DNA of 62,912 bases, the filler included, from Octopus bimaculoides (Eukaryota), in NCBI RefSeq assembly GCF_001194135.2. It is 5 parts of 4 records of this genome, joined end to end, with 100 filler letters (N's around TTAATTAATTAA, not from the genome) between each part and the next. Parts side by side here need not be neighbours in the genome. Positions count along the whole stretch, not along the records: positions 1 to 20,297 come from NC_068981.1; positions 20,398 to 50,527 come from NC_068999.1; 3 more parts are not named here. One strand, 5' to 3'. The first letter of the stretch is position 1; every line of letters begins with the position of its first letter. The translations under genes and the position numbers were made by a program. Below, piece by piece: positions 12,880 to 25,128 of the stretch. The notes under the pieces were generated by a model that saw only the letters and a list, made by a program, of their open reading frames with translations, did not search any database and was not told where the DNA came from.

Positions 12880-14080
12880 AAGAGAAAAATGCGAGTAATG
12901 GTATACAGACTATTCCTTCTTAAGTACGAAGTGAAAGCAAAAAATAGCAGTCGAAAGTAAAATGTTTAACAAGAAATTCAATTGAAACCAATCAGTAGTT
13001 TACCATGGGATGAATGGACAAGCTATAAATATCACAGTGACACCGTCACAGGAAGTTACAGGGTAATTTTGGAGAAAAATCTAAAATGAAGCGAAGAATT
13101 TTAATCAAAGAGCAACGTAGCTGGAAGAAATCCGCCAGAAATATTGTCGATTTATTAAACAAAATGCATTGAGTATAGAGATTTGTTACCCAATAAATTC
13201 AGTTAGAAAACTAGTAGGTTACAGGAACAAAGACTGAAATTTATCTGCGATATCTGATTTAACTTTATTAGCGAACTCTCAATAAAAATATGAATATAAT
13301 AAGCTTTTAATGCCGGTTGAAACAACAAAATTGAATCCGTCATTACCTGGTGGAAACCTACCAGCCAATGTCTTGCTGAATGTCATGTATGAAAGACGTG
13401 GAACTTTCCTGAGACTGAACCTCGCATTAATCTGGAAAATAAAAAGGGGTCGGAATGCAGATAAACCATTTACAAGCGACAAGCGTAGAAGATTTGTGGG
13501 AGAAAATTTGCAGGATGTCTCGTACATTATAAGTAGCTGTCGTAAAATATGTTTATGGTGTTATCTACATACGACACATGGGCTCGGGATGAGAAGGCTA
13601 CATAATGTAATCAGTAGAAAAGGCAATCGTGAGGAAAAAAGAAGAGAAGCCAGATTGATGCAGGGGGACAGGACCAAGTAAAATATGAAAGAAACCTAGT
13701 GAAATGACACCGTCAATTCTTCTATGACATGGAAGCACAATAGACGAGACAAACTGATTGGGGATGAGGGAAATATACTATGCACAATGTTTGAAATCAG
13801 CTGCCCAGCAGTTGTCAACATGGATGACAGACGTGAAGGAAAAACAGAACATCTATGCTGAACTGGTGAGTAATCCGCAGGTACTCTGACCGGGCAATAA
13901 ATTTAGATTTCTACCAATAATTTTTGAAGTACTAAGGTAAGTGAATAACCATCTCAGTACCAAGCGTGAGAAGCTGATATTCACAAAACCAGAAAGATCA
14001 CGCTCTATTAGAAGATTACAGTTACAAGCTGTCAGCTGCATTGCCAAAATAGGTAAAACATTCATAACGTCGAGTCTGTA
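12880..14080 (+). mobile_element. Decayed RLE-type non-LTR retrotransposon (R4/NeSL-like), C-terminal region
   Basis: KRRRFVGENLQDVSYIISSC looks like a degenerate CRLC..HIISSC zinc knuckle. RRDKLIGDEGNILCTMFEISCPA (E at 13793) looks like the PD..D/E restriction-like endonuclease. KQNIYAELVSNPQVL*PGNKFRFLPII follows. The 5' boundary is uncertain and may extend to about 12400. Confidence 0.7.
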
Positions 14081-15161
14081 ATAAGCTCTATGTAAGCGAT
14101 AGCATTCATGCTTATGTCATTGTGTACATGCGCAGATACATATGTACATGTAGACATTCATACATTAATTCATGTGCCCATGCATATATATGGCGGATTA
14201 CAGCTTGTCATTATGCGTTCTGAATGCCTGCAAATTCACTACCTTGGAAATACATAAGAATTAAAGAAAAGCAAATGAATATATAAGTGCTATCATGAGT
14301 TTTGAAAATGCTGGAACGGACCGCTGTCGATCTATGGTGAACTATTAGTCATGTCGCGTGACTTATCACATGCAAACATGCAAATAAATACTAATGTCTA
14401 CCAGAAATGACTGAAAAATTATTAAGATTCATCTGCACAATACGATTCATGCTTCCTCTAATATGTATATGTGCATATTCGTATGTATATTCATACATTT
14501 TTACATGAATAAATGTGGGTATACATACATAAATATATATACATGCATAAATATCTATAAATATCTACAACCATGCAAGAATATATTCATACATGACTAC
14601 CTAGCCTGTGATCTAGGTTACAATGAAAGGATCTTATTCCTAGGCTTGAAAATGACTTTTCATCTCTTCTGAGAAGGAACGCGAAAAGTAAAACCAAAAT
14701 CAAGCATAACTACATACATACATACATACATACATGCATGCATAGAAACATGCACCCATACCCACATATATGCATACATACATGATGTATGAAATTTGCA
14801 AGAACATTGTAAATAATTGTTTGCGGAAAGGATTTTAGCAGAGGATTCAATAAATATGAAAATAATTTCGTGTTCAGAGCGATAACATAATGGTGACAAG
14901 ATGAAAAGACTCTGCAGTAAATACTGTCAACTTACATTAGAATAAATGCATTCATATATTTATATAGAATTCTCTCTCCCAGAATCATATTTGTAACAGA
15001 TAAAGTAAATCACAGGTTATTGTCCCTAGCGGGATATAAAAAAGAAGGATTCATAAGATATATAAGATATATATATATATATGTGTGTGTGTGTGTCTGT
15101 GTGTGTGTGGGGGGGTGTATGTGTGTGTCTGTGTGTGTGTGTGTGTGTGTGNNNNNNNNNN

Positions 15162-15204
<43 letters not shown>

Positions 15205-15207
<3 letters not shown>

Positions 15208-15830
15208 AGCAGAAATACCCGACGTTGCCCGAATTAACGGAAATAATGAAATTTAAAAACGCCATCTAGATTATGCATGTCTCACCTACTAGTAGTTAAG
15301 ATACCAACTTTCTACATTAATAACTCTACAACCTGTTCCAGCATGGAACATAGGTGTTGAGTGAAGTATTAAAAGGAAGTTCTCGACATATATGTATATA
15401 AAGTAAATACACGTAATTCAAAAACACGTTTTGATGTAGCTTATTTCGTAAGCAAAAAAACTGGTACAGATTATAAACAACGAAAGGCCTATTTTGGGGA
15501 TTCATTTGACAGAGGTAATAGAGCCAATCCGATGATAGATCTAACCTTGGATTTTGAAAGTCTGCATGAATCCTGGCTCAGTTAAGAATCTCTTGTGTTT
15601 CCAAATGATGTCATCTGTTGTGCAGCGTTGTATTGTCTAATTTTGTTTTGGAAGTCCTTGGAATCTTCATCAGTTGATCAGAACAGTTTCTTAAATGACT
15701 CTGATTGTTGGGGGATTGCAGTGAGTTTAACATTTCCACCACCGCAGCGCAGCTCAGGAATCTCTCCAAGCTATTTCCTTGCTTTACAATGTATGCTCTC
15801 AGTTGTAATTGCACTAATTGCAAGTCGGAT
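15205..15830 (-). mobile_element. Helitron deletion derivative: RepHel N-terminal remnant plus 3' terminus
   Basis: The minus strand reads CGGGNVKL (15723-48), DFQNKIRQYNAAQQMTSFG (15600-56) and EPGFMQTFKIQG*IYHRIGS (15520-79), all typical of Helitron N-terminal domains. A 3' CTAG|T lies at 15209-15205, preceded by a degenerate GC hairpin (cccgacgttgcccg). Confidence 0.8.
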
Positions 15831-16029
15831 CTAATTGTGAGTGGATTGGGAGACGGAAACTGGAAGAAGCCTATCGACACGTTTGAAAATCCTTGGAGAA
15901 TACTAGATAGAGCTCGCCTGTTCACCGTCGTCTATGAAGTAGTCTCAGCGCATGTATGTGCATCATCTACCACAGCATGCCTAGCCCTCCATTAAGCGGA
16001 TGTTGGCAGCAAATGGATCGTCTAACCAT

Positions 16030-16052
16030 CAGATAGATGGATAAATAGATAT

Positions 16053-16119
<67 letters not shown>

Positions 16120-16212
16120 TGTAGGTAGGTAGGTAAGTAGGTAGGTAGATAGATAGATAGATAGATAGATACATACATACATACATACATACATACATAC
16201 ATACATACATAG
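16030..16212. repeat. Compound tetranucleotide array (AGAT)n-(AGGT)n-(ACAT)n
   Basis: Directly visible. Confidence 0.95.
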
Positions 16213-16879
16213 ACACAACTAGTATAGTTTTAATGAATTATTATGATTAATATATGTAAACGGTTTAGTTATTTTGTCATAACACCAAAACAATACGAAG
16301 TATAAGAAATTAATAACACAGTTCGATGGTTTGTACTTTTACCAAGTTATTTCAATACTATAAGTTTACAACTACTTCTTTAGTATTTCCCTACTAACAT
16401 TTTCTAAACAACAGGTCCAAGAACAGACATATTCAAATAGCATATAAAAGTGCAAATCACCGCAATATAATATTAATTTTTGATAAGAAANNNNNNNNNN
16501 NNNNNNNNNNNNNNNNNNNNNNNNNNNNNNNNNNNNNNNNNNNNNNNNNNNNNNNNNNNNNNNNNNNNNNNNNNNNNNNNNNNNNNNNNNNNNNNNNNNN
16601 NNNNNNNNNNNNNNNNNNNNNNNNNNNNNNNNNNNNNNNNNNNNNNNNNNNNNNNNNNNNNNNNNNNNNNNNNNNNNNNNNNNNNNNNNNNNNNNNNNNN
16701 NNNNNNNNNNNNNNNNNNNNNNNNNNNNNNNNNNNNNNNNNNNNNNNNNNNNNNNNNNNNNNNNNNNNNNNNNNNNNNNNNNNNNNNNNNNNNNNNNNNN
16801 NNNNNNNNNNNNNNNNNNNNNNNNNNNNNNNNNNNNNNNNNNNNNNNNNNNNNNNNNNNNNNNNNNNNNNNNNNNNNNN

Positions 16880-16910
<31 letters not shown>

Positions 16911-17210
16911 CGTGCGTACAGTGTGTCTGTGATTTGGTGTGTCTGTGTGATGCGTGTGTGCGTTTGTGATGTTTATGTGTGAGCACGTGTGTTTCCGTTT
17001 CTATGTCTGTGTACCTCAATATGAATGATTATATTAATGTCACATGTATTACGCTGTAAGTCCTTGCACAAAAATTTGTCATTTGTGGTTTTGAAAATCA
17101 AATAGTTTGTTATGCATATTGTGTGTAACACAGGTCTTGTCTTCTGAGCAGTAATATCATTATATATTTCAATACAAACGCATGCGAACATAAACACACA
17201 CATACGGAAA

Positions 17211-17257
<47 letters not shown>

Positions 17258-17259
<2 letters not shown>

Positions 17260-17728
17260 GAAATTAAGAGGAATGACCACTAAAGTGGATTCCTAATATG
17301 CTAAATGAAGACGTCAATTCGCCACTTCCACGAAGAGTGTGTTCTCAAGAAAAAAAAATTCAGCAGACGCCAAAATGTAAAAATGAGCAAGACAAATGAA
17401 AAATACACGGAATGAAAAACGATTACCTACGTACCATAGCTTCACTTGTTAATATTTACGTATGTAAATATCTGCAAGATCATCAGCCTAGTCTGTCGCA
17501 TGCAAAACACAATTTCCAGAACTAGACGAAGAACGTTCACCCGAGAGAGAGAGAGCATGTATTAATTTCTAAAAATTATATTTGGGTGCATTTTTCAAAT
17601 ATCTTCCCTTTGGCGCGCTGAGGCCGGAAATAACTATGCAGTCAATAAACTCTTTGTGGTAATGGTGATTTGACGTATATATCTAGCATATTAGAATCCA
17701 CTTTAGTGGTCTTTCCTCTTAATTTTGT
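17258..17728. mobile_element. MITE-like element with about 80 bp imperfect TIRs
   Basis: The left end gaaattaagaggaatgaccactaaagtggattcctaatatgcta..acgtcaa..ccac matches the reverse complement of the right end (aaaattaagaggaaagaccactaaagtggattctaatatgcta..acgtcaa..ccac). The interior is non-coding and the TSD is not clean. Confidence 0.8.
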
Positions 17729-17871
17729 CTGTAATATAAATCTTTCAATTTTTTAATTTCTACCCTCATTATTTAATTTTTTATTTTTTATGTATATATA
17801 TATATACGTTCATTTACGTATATGTCTATAGGTATGAATATGTATTTGTATGTGTATATATACACACATAG

Positions 17872-17911
<40 letters not shown>

Positions 17912-19374
17912 ATTTGTAACGCCTGCATATGAATACGAAACTACGCATGTGTATACAAGGAGCATATGGTTAGGCGAGTGACATCAAGCAAGATGCATGC
18001 TAGAGCAAACGGAAACCAGACCTTGGTTTGTCGTTCTGCAGCAGAGAAAAATTCACTTTTGACCGTTTTTGACCACTAATGCCCATTGGCATGGATATTG
18101 TAGCTTCTTCCTTATCAAGGGAAAAGAGAAAAATATGTTTCTGTGCATTCAAATATGTTTATAAATTCGTCTCTATACAAATCGTGTGTATCCATGTCTA
18201 TATGTATAATATATCTGCATATTTTATGTGTTTTGTATGTCATTTGTATACAAATGTTGCTTATATCTAAAATGAATGTGTGAATTATGATTATATATGT
18301 GATTTTTATGCCTTTGAGTTCGTGTGAGTTCTATGTACTTGTGTGTTTCTGTATATATGTATGAGTATGCTTATAAGTTACATACTGTGCATGTATGAAC
18401 GGGAATGATGTTTAATATGTATAAAGAATATTCAGATAGCTAAATGAGAGGGAAGTGGGGAATCGTGTAATAGATAAATGAAAGAAACAAAACAATTTCT
18501 AAAGAAAAATATGTAAGTGGGAATAGTATGGTAATTCACAAATAGACGTTTATAGGAATTCTTGTATTACAATAGCAAAACCACATCCCGAATAGAGATA
18601 CATAAAGGAGAAGTGAACAAACAAAAATTATACAAAACAGAAAGATAAGTGCCATCTCTGTATCAAATCATATACGAGCGTTTGTGGTAAAAACTGGCTT
18701 CTGTAAGATGAATGAAAGACTTAGTGTAAATGATAGTAGGTGCGATAAGAACGCCAACAAGTAACATCTATGTAAAACATTAGTGTTTATGTGAGTGTGA
18801 ATGTGGTTCTTAATGTGAATGTGGTGAATAAAAGGGGATAAAATTCCCAATTGCTAGAGCCTGAATATAATGAAAGAGGGGTATTTAGATTGCGTTTTAT
18901 GTGTAAACATGATGCCACAAGCGGGAAGAATGTGAATACGTATTGAATATCTGGTTTAGATTTATGAACACTTCATTGAAATGTGTATTTTATGTATAAT
19001 TTATAAATCTGTATCAGAGTTAGTGAGGAACACAGCTGCGTGTTATCTATGAAGAAACCTTGTAGTCTGGTTTCGATATTCGTTTAGAAAGAGTTAACTT
19101 CTCAAATGTTCAAATATTAGGTTAAAATATATGCTTAACCGACAGTTTCGCAAGTTCCTGAAACTCTAACCTCAATGGTTCTATCCATGTATAAGAAACG
19201 TTATAACTAACATGATTAAGTCTCTTGCAGCCCCAACAATAACCTGATGCACCTGTATATGCCCACATCTCACGAGCTATGCTTGATATGCAAAATGCTC
19301 TCTCCAATTATGTCACACTGCTAGACTTAGTAGGTATATAAGTAATGCGTTAGTGGATAGTTGATGCATTTGCT

Positions 19375-19418
19375 GTGTCTGATGAAAGAGCAATAACTCT
19401 TGAAATATGTATATACAC
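19375..19418 (+). ncRNA. Minimal hammerhead ribozyme-like motif with one extra nucleotide at the cleavage junction
   Basis: GTGT-CTGATGA-AAGAG(caataa)CTCTT-GAAA-TATGTA-TA-t-ACAC. Confidence 0.5.
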
Positions 19419-20259
19419 CCTGTCTTTGATCGCATTGTTTACTTGAACATATTCATATAAGAAACATTGTACCTCGTAGTGCTGTCTCTGGATTCTAGAG
19501 AAAATCTATAGAGATAAACTTAAAAGTAATATAGTGTAGTGTTCTCTTATAGGTAATATCAAGTACAAACTATTCTATCCAACAGTGAAAGCGTTATATC
19601 TACTAACCGAAGGCCTATAAGTCTTTATAAGACGAGCTTTCATATAGTTCCAGACTTTTCTGTTTCCGTCTGCTAAATTTCTTTCACAAAACTTTATTAA
19701 TATAACATTATCATATAATAAATTTGCCCAAGCTACCACAGGATGTCACCGAACTGTCAGCTCTGTAGATACAATCAAAGCAAGATATTTCTAATTTCTA
19801 TTTCTATGTAAAACTGCATTTACATAAGTCGCATAATGCTGAACGAACATAGACTAGAATAAGGAATGAACTTCAAAGATATGTAAAAACATGTTCAACA
19901 CATATTATTGATTGTTTCTTTAACATTCATGAAAATGTCTTCTTCAACTAATCATTGAATTTATTGTCTGAATATAAGTTGCACAATACAAATGCTTCGC
20001 CGTATCCAGTTATTCATGTAATCTCTTAATTGTCATTATTGAAACGAACATTTTTGAAAGCGTCTGTCGCGTTTCTGAAGTAGCGTAATGCCAATATTAT
20101 TTCTATGGTCTTTCAAATGTCAACTCAGCTGAGTATGTATAAAGAGATATCCGAAGTTCGAACTAACATTTCCCCATCTTCTCATTCCGCGATTGTGTCT
20201 TTCCAGTAGACGTGTAAAAATATCTTACATAGATGCGTTTGTCACGCACTCACACACAC

Positions 20260-20297
<38 letters not shown>

Positions 20298-20397
20298 NNN
20301 NNNNNNNNNNNNNNNNNNNNNNNNNNNNNNNNNNNNNNNNNTTAATTAATTAANNNNNNNNNNNNNNNNNNNNNNNNNNNNNNNNNNNNNNNNNNNN
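20298..20397. other. Assembly join marker 44N-TTAATTAATTAA-44N (also at 50528-50627, 58549-58648 and 60577-60676 approximately)
   Basis: An identical 12-mer with stops in all frames is centred in 100 bp N blocks at 20342, 50572, 58593 and 60621. Confidence 0.95.
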
Positions 20398-20954
20398 ATG
20401 TACATGTACGTGGTGGAAGATGAAAGGAGGAATAAATTTGCTATGAATAAAAACACTATGATATTGTCTAGATGTTTGATTTTTATCATACTCAATACAT
20501 GTCCTCAGATTGCACTGTCCTCAGATTGACTCCCAAACCCTGGGAAATATCTGTATTGGAGCTTCCGGCGCGAATGCCAAGCAGTGCACTATGTCGTTTT
20601 GAAATGTTTGGAAGAGTTAAATGCATCATACTGCTGCTTTTCTCACAGGTTTTGCCAAACAAGCCCGGCTATGCTGTGTAGTTGACAAAATCCAAAAGAA
20701 ACAATGCGCGTGCGCAAAATAAAGAATATGAAATAGCGACAATTTACCAATCGCAATCAGTATCAACGTTTGGTCAAAAGTCACCCGGCAGTAAATCAAA
20801 ATTCCATGAATACTATCTGTAATTCTGTATTGACCCGAATGGAATAATGTGTCACTCGAAGACCAGTTTGAACAATTTTCATGATTTTTCATGTTTAAAT
20901 GCTTTTATTAAATTCGTTCAGTGTTTCAACAAATAAGTCTTGGAGATAGACACT

Positions 20955-21055
20955 GAGCCGGTAGAAATGTTAACACGTCGCGCGAAATGCTTAACGGTTT
21001 TTCATCTGTTTTTTACACACCGAGTCCAAATTCCGCCGAAGTCGACATTGACTGT
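20955..21055 (+). mobile_element. SINE 5' fragment (10016/31028 family)
   Basis: gagccggtagaaatgttaacac..gaaatgcttaacgg..aaattccgccgaagtcgac. Confidence 0.7.
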
Positions 21056-21130
21056 CAAGTCACATTTGGCGAACCCTGAATATACATGTTCATGTGTGTG
21101 CGTACGTGCGTGTGCGTGCGTGTGTTAGCA

Positions 21131-21161
<31 letters not shown>

Positions 21162-24100
21162 NNNNNNNNNNNNNNNNNNNNNNNNNNNNNNNNNNNNNNN
21201 NNNNNNNNNNNNNNNNNNNNNNNNNNNNNNNNNNNNNNNNNNNNNNNNNNNNNNNNNNNNNNNNNNNNNNNNNNNNNNNNNNNNNNNNNNNNNNNNNNNN
21301 NNNNNNNNNNNNNNNNNNNNNNNNNNNNNNNNNNNNNNNNNNNNNNNNNNNNNNNNNNNNNNNNNNNNNNNNNNNNNNNNNNNNNNNNNNNNNNNNNNNN
21401 NNNNNNNNNNNNNNNNNNNNNNNNNNNNNNNNNNNNNNNNNNNNNNNNNNNNNNNNNNNNNNNNNNNNNNNNNNNNNNNNNNNNNNNNNNNNNNNNNNNN
21501 NNNNNNNNNNNNNNNNNNNNNNNNNNNNNNNNNNNNNNNNNNNNNNNNNNNNNNNNNNNNNNNNNNNNNNNNNNNNNNNNNNNNNNNNNNNNNNNNNNNN
21601 NNNNNNNNNNNNNNNNNNNNNNNNNNNNNNNNNNNNNNNNNNNNNNNNNNNNNNNNNNNNNNNNNNNNNNNNNNNNNNNNNNNNNNNNNNNNNNNNNNNN
21701 NNNNNNNNNNNNNNNNNNNNNNNNNNNNNNNNNNNTACATATATATATATATATACGCATATATGTGTGTGTGTGTGTCTGTGTATGTGTATGCGTGTGT
21801 GTGTGTGTGTGTGTGTGTGTTTGTGCGTTATATGTTTATCTTCCTGTATATGTATGGAACATACAATTAAGCTGTAGAATAAATCATACTGCATTACTTG
21901 GATAAGTTAATTCTGCAATGAAAATGTGCATAAGACCTTAAGATTTATTTGGAATTTTAATATGATATCTCAGTGACACATACCCTATGAACATGTAGAA
22001 ATATGAGACTATATCACGACAAATGACTACAGAGCCCATGTTCAGCAAATATATAATCCCACATCTTATGTGACACTAATCCAAATGCTGTGAGACAACC
22101 ATCTTTTATTCTTAGAAGATACAGCTCTATATGTATAGGTTTTATATTTCTTAAAATGATCAACGAATCAAGCACAATTCAGCGTTTAGATGATTCGAGA
22201 ATATCCCAGAGAAATCAGCTTTCAGTCAGCAAACTTTGCCAGATTATCCATTTTAGCTTTGGGATTTTTAAAGTGTCTATAATTAAAATTGAATGTTGCT
22301 ATAGGAATTAGTTCAGTGCTGTACACATCCTTAAGAGAGACAACAAAAACGCCATGTTTTTTAATGTACACAATAACATTTTGAAACCTTTGACTTGTTA
22401 CTTTAAAGAAGACTGACGTTCCATAAACAGAATCGTGGTTTGGGTCCGAAAAAAGAGAGTATTTCATTTGTTTATGCTATTTCAAACAATGTCTCAGAGT
22501 TCGTAGCTGACTAGAGTCACCTGTCATTGACGATGCAGTTGCCGCATGACTAGATTTCCTTTTTGTTTTTAATCAGTGATATGTGACAGGCATGCGGTGA
22601 TTGTTTCCGGTTTATTTCTCATCACTCCAATAAAATGATACCACGCCTAGGTAATTTTAATTATTAGGATTAATAAGTTTACGAAAGCACAAATAATACA
22701 TTTGTAAAAAAAAAGAGTTTTGCTTGTTAGATTTGTGAATTATGAAAGGAAATTGTCGTCTAATTTAGAATATTATTCTAATACAGCAGAAAACGGGACA
22801 ACTGGCATATCTTATATAAAATGTCCTTTTGAATAAATACATATCTTTAGTAAATTACGTAGAATTTTATGCAAAATATAATCAATATATTCCAAACCAA
22901 ATCATCCCACTCTTGGTATACCAAAGCAACTCTACGTTAAAAAGAAAAAAAAATGAATAAAATGTTTAATTTGCTTTAAATTAAAATTTATGTCTTCAGG
23001 CGAAAGATAAATTTAGAAAATTATTTACTGCAACAAGTGTAGAGCTGAAAATATAGCGCAATGCTTCGAGTTTTGATGACAGGCCTTGTCCAATATTTGT
23101 AAAACAGATGCAACCTGAGCTGGTATTGCGTAGGTATACTGACAATTGTTATGCGGCTGGGTAAATGCGTTACAAGGCAGCATATATGGAGATCATAAAA
23201 ATAAATACTCAAATAAAAATAAGAAATATAATATTTTACCCATACAATATCATATCTGTAGTATATTTTCTCATAGAAAATAAAAACGCAGAGAGTTTAG
23301 TACATAAAATCTTCTTCAAAGGAAAGTACAGGCGTAAAATAGGAGCGGTAAAGAGTTCTGAATGAACGTTAATGAATAAACTCCATAGGTTCAACTTGGA
23401 ATGAAAAGGGACTGTTTCGAACATCTGGAATCAGATGCGCATTCATAAATGTGAGATATTGTATGTGTTAATATTTTTGTGTTTGTGTGTAGGCTTGCAG
23501 ATGATTTCAAATTGCACCATATGAAAGTCCTTCTGTTTTCTTATATACTTCAGTTACAGGAATGTATAACTTCACTGTTACACAACGGCAGGTGTCCATA
23601 ACAAATTTCTTGTTATCACGTGAGTCCACTTCTTCTGTTTCATATGTGTGTCAATATTACCAAAGTGTATCTAGAATGGTTATACAATAAGGAGAGAGTC
23701 CGACGACAGGAACTGAACTTGTATATATGCATCGTCAAACGTAGTATAATGTAGTCACAATTTAAGCAGTTTTACATGCACAACTCGGAACCTTAATTCT
23801 CTTTAACAGATTACATTCGTCTGTTAGTCCCCTCAATTCATCTGCCTCCGTCAAAAATTCCATAGTTATTCTGGCCGGTTCAACTTTGAAATCCGGCCAG
23901 CAAAGTCTTACCTGTATTCCACTAACACTCTCTCCACAAATATTTACCGAAATGTGGTCTTCCTTTGGTCTCTGTATGATTTCGAATGCAAATCGGTTGC
24001 AGAAAGCCCAGTTATACGGTGATACTCTTAAAACACACCATTATGTTTGAAACACTACACTGCCCGGCGTCCTATTTCTTCTGGACGCTCTATCACATAC

Positions 24101-25019
24101 ATATATTACAAGGCATAACTTGGCTATCATTTGTTCCACTTCCTATTTGTGTTTCCCTACTCGCCAGCTCATGGTGTTACACTACAGATGCAACACATTT
24201 TAACTAGCCAAAATTTCGTTTATTCCTCGTCATTACTTGGTGCTTAAGCTGTTTTTATTCGGACAAAGTAGTACAGGAGCACAGCACAACTCAATCAATG
24301 ATACCGTTTGTTTTTATATGGTTACGGCTTTGAATCAGACTAGGGTTTATCTACCTTCAGTATGTCCCAATGAAAAAGGTTAAAATGAGAGAAACGCGTT
24401 TGAGAATACGTTAGGGAGAGACACTGGTCAGATATGGTGCTTCTACACTTTTGGTAACATATAAGAGAAATTTTTCAAACGGCAATTTCAGTGAATTTAC
24501 CTTTAGAATTAAAATTATATCACAAAAATCATTTCAACCAACGTTAGTTCGTTTATTCCTCATCACAGTATATACTATTGATAAACAATATGAACTGTAT
24601 AATATCTATTGTATAATATATATACTGTATTAACGTTCAACTATATTCAAGACGTTTACAAGGTCTCTCCGTTAGCTTCATTGTTTACCAGGCTATCGAA
24701 CACTTATTTGCAGAGAATAGAACATAAACATCTGGTTCTATTGTCCATTATATCACCATCAACGCGAACTTTCGCAGATGGTATTATAGTGGTGTTAGAG
24801 TACGTAACGTCAATAGATGTTAAACACTGGAAGCATAATCATAAGAACATTTTCTTTCGACATTCCATTAGAAATACATGATATTTGTTATGTCTGCAAT
24901 TGATGTATTCTCACGTTAGTTGTATGTGAAGTATGTTTATTTCTCATGAGTCACTTATATGTTCTTTCAATGTTTGCTTATATAATTTGGTTTCAATTGT
25001 TGGGACAAGTCTAGACATC

Positions 25020-25128
25020 GCATGGGGGTGGTAAGACGATTAGTTCAGCCCATTGTTCGACTGATACCAATTTTATCAAAACTAAAAGGATGAGAGGCAA
25101 AGTAAATCTCGGCGGAATTTCAAATTAG
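25020..25128 (-). mobile_element. SINE CORE-like fragment
   Basis: aaaaggatgagaggcaaagtaaatctcggcggaatttcaa is the approximate reverse complement of ttcaaattccgccgaggtcgactttgcctttcattcttt at about 31090-31147. Confidence 0.65.

Noticed and set aside
15866-15920. PIDTFENPWRILDR resembling the Tc1 SPDLNPIENLW motif
   Set aside because: A weak partial match with no other transposase motifs or TIR.
19027-19048. Resemblance to miR-317 (gaacacagctg..tatct)
   Set aside because: The first base and 3' half differ from the sequence I recall, and no pre-miRNA hairpin with a complementary arm is visible.
20342-20353. TTAATTAATTAA as a biological motif (piggyBac TTAA or homeodomain site)
   Set aside because: It is always centred in exactly 44+44 N, so it is an assembly linker.
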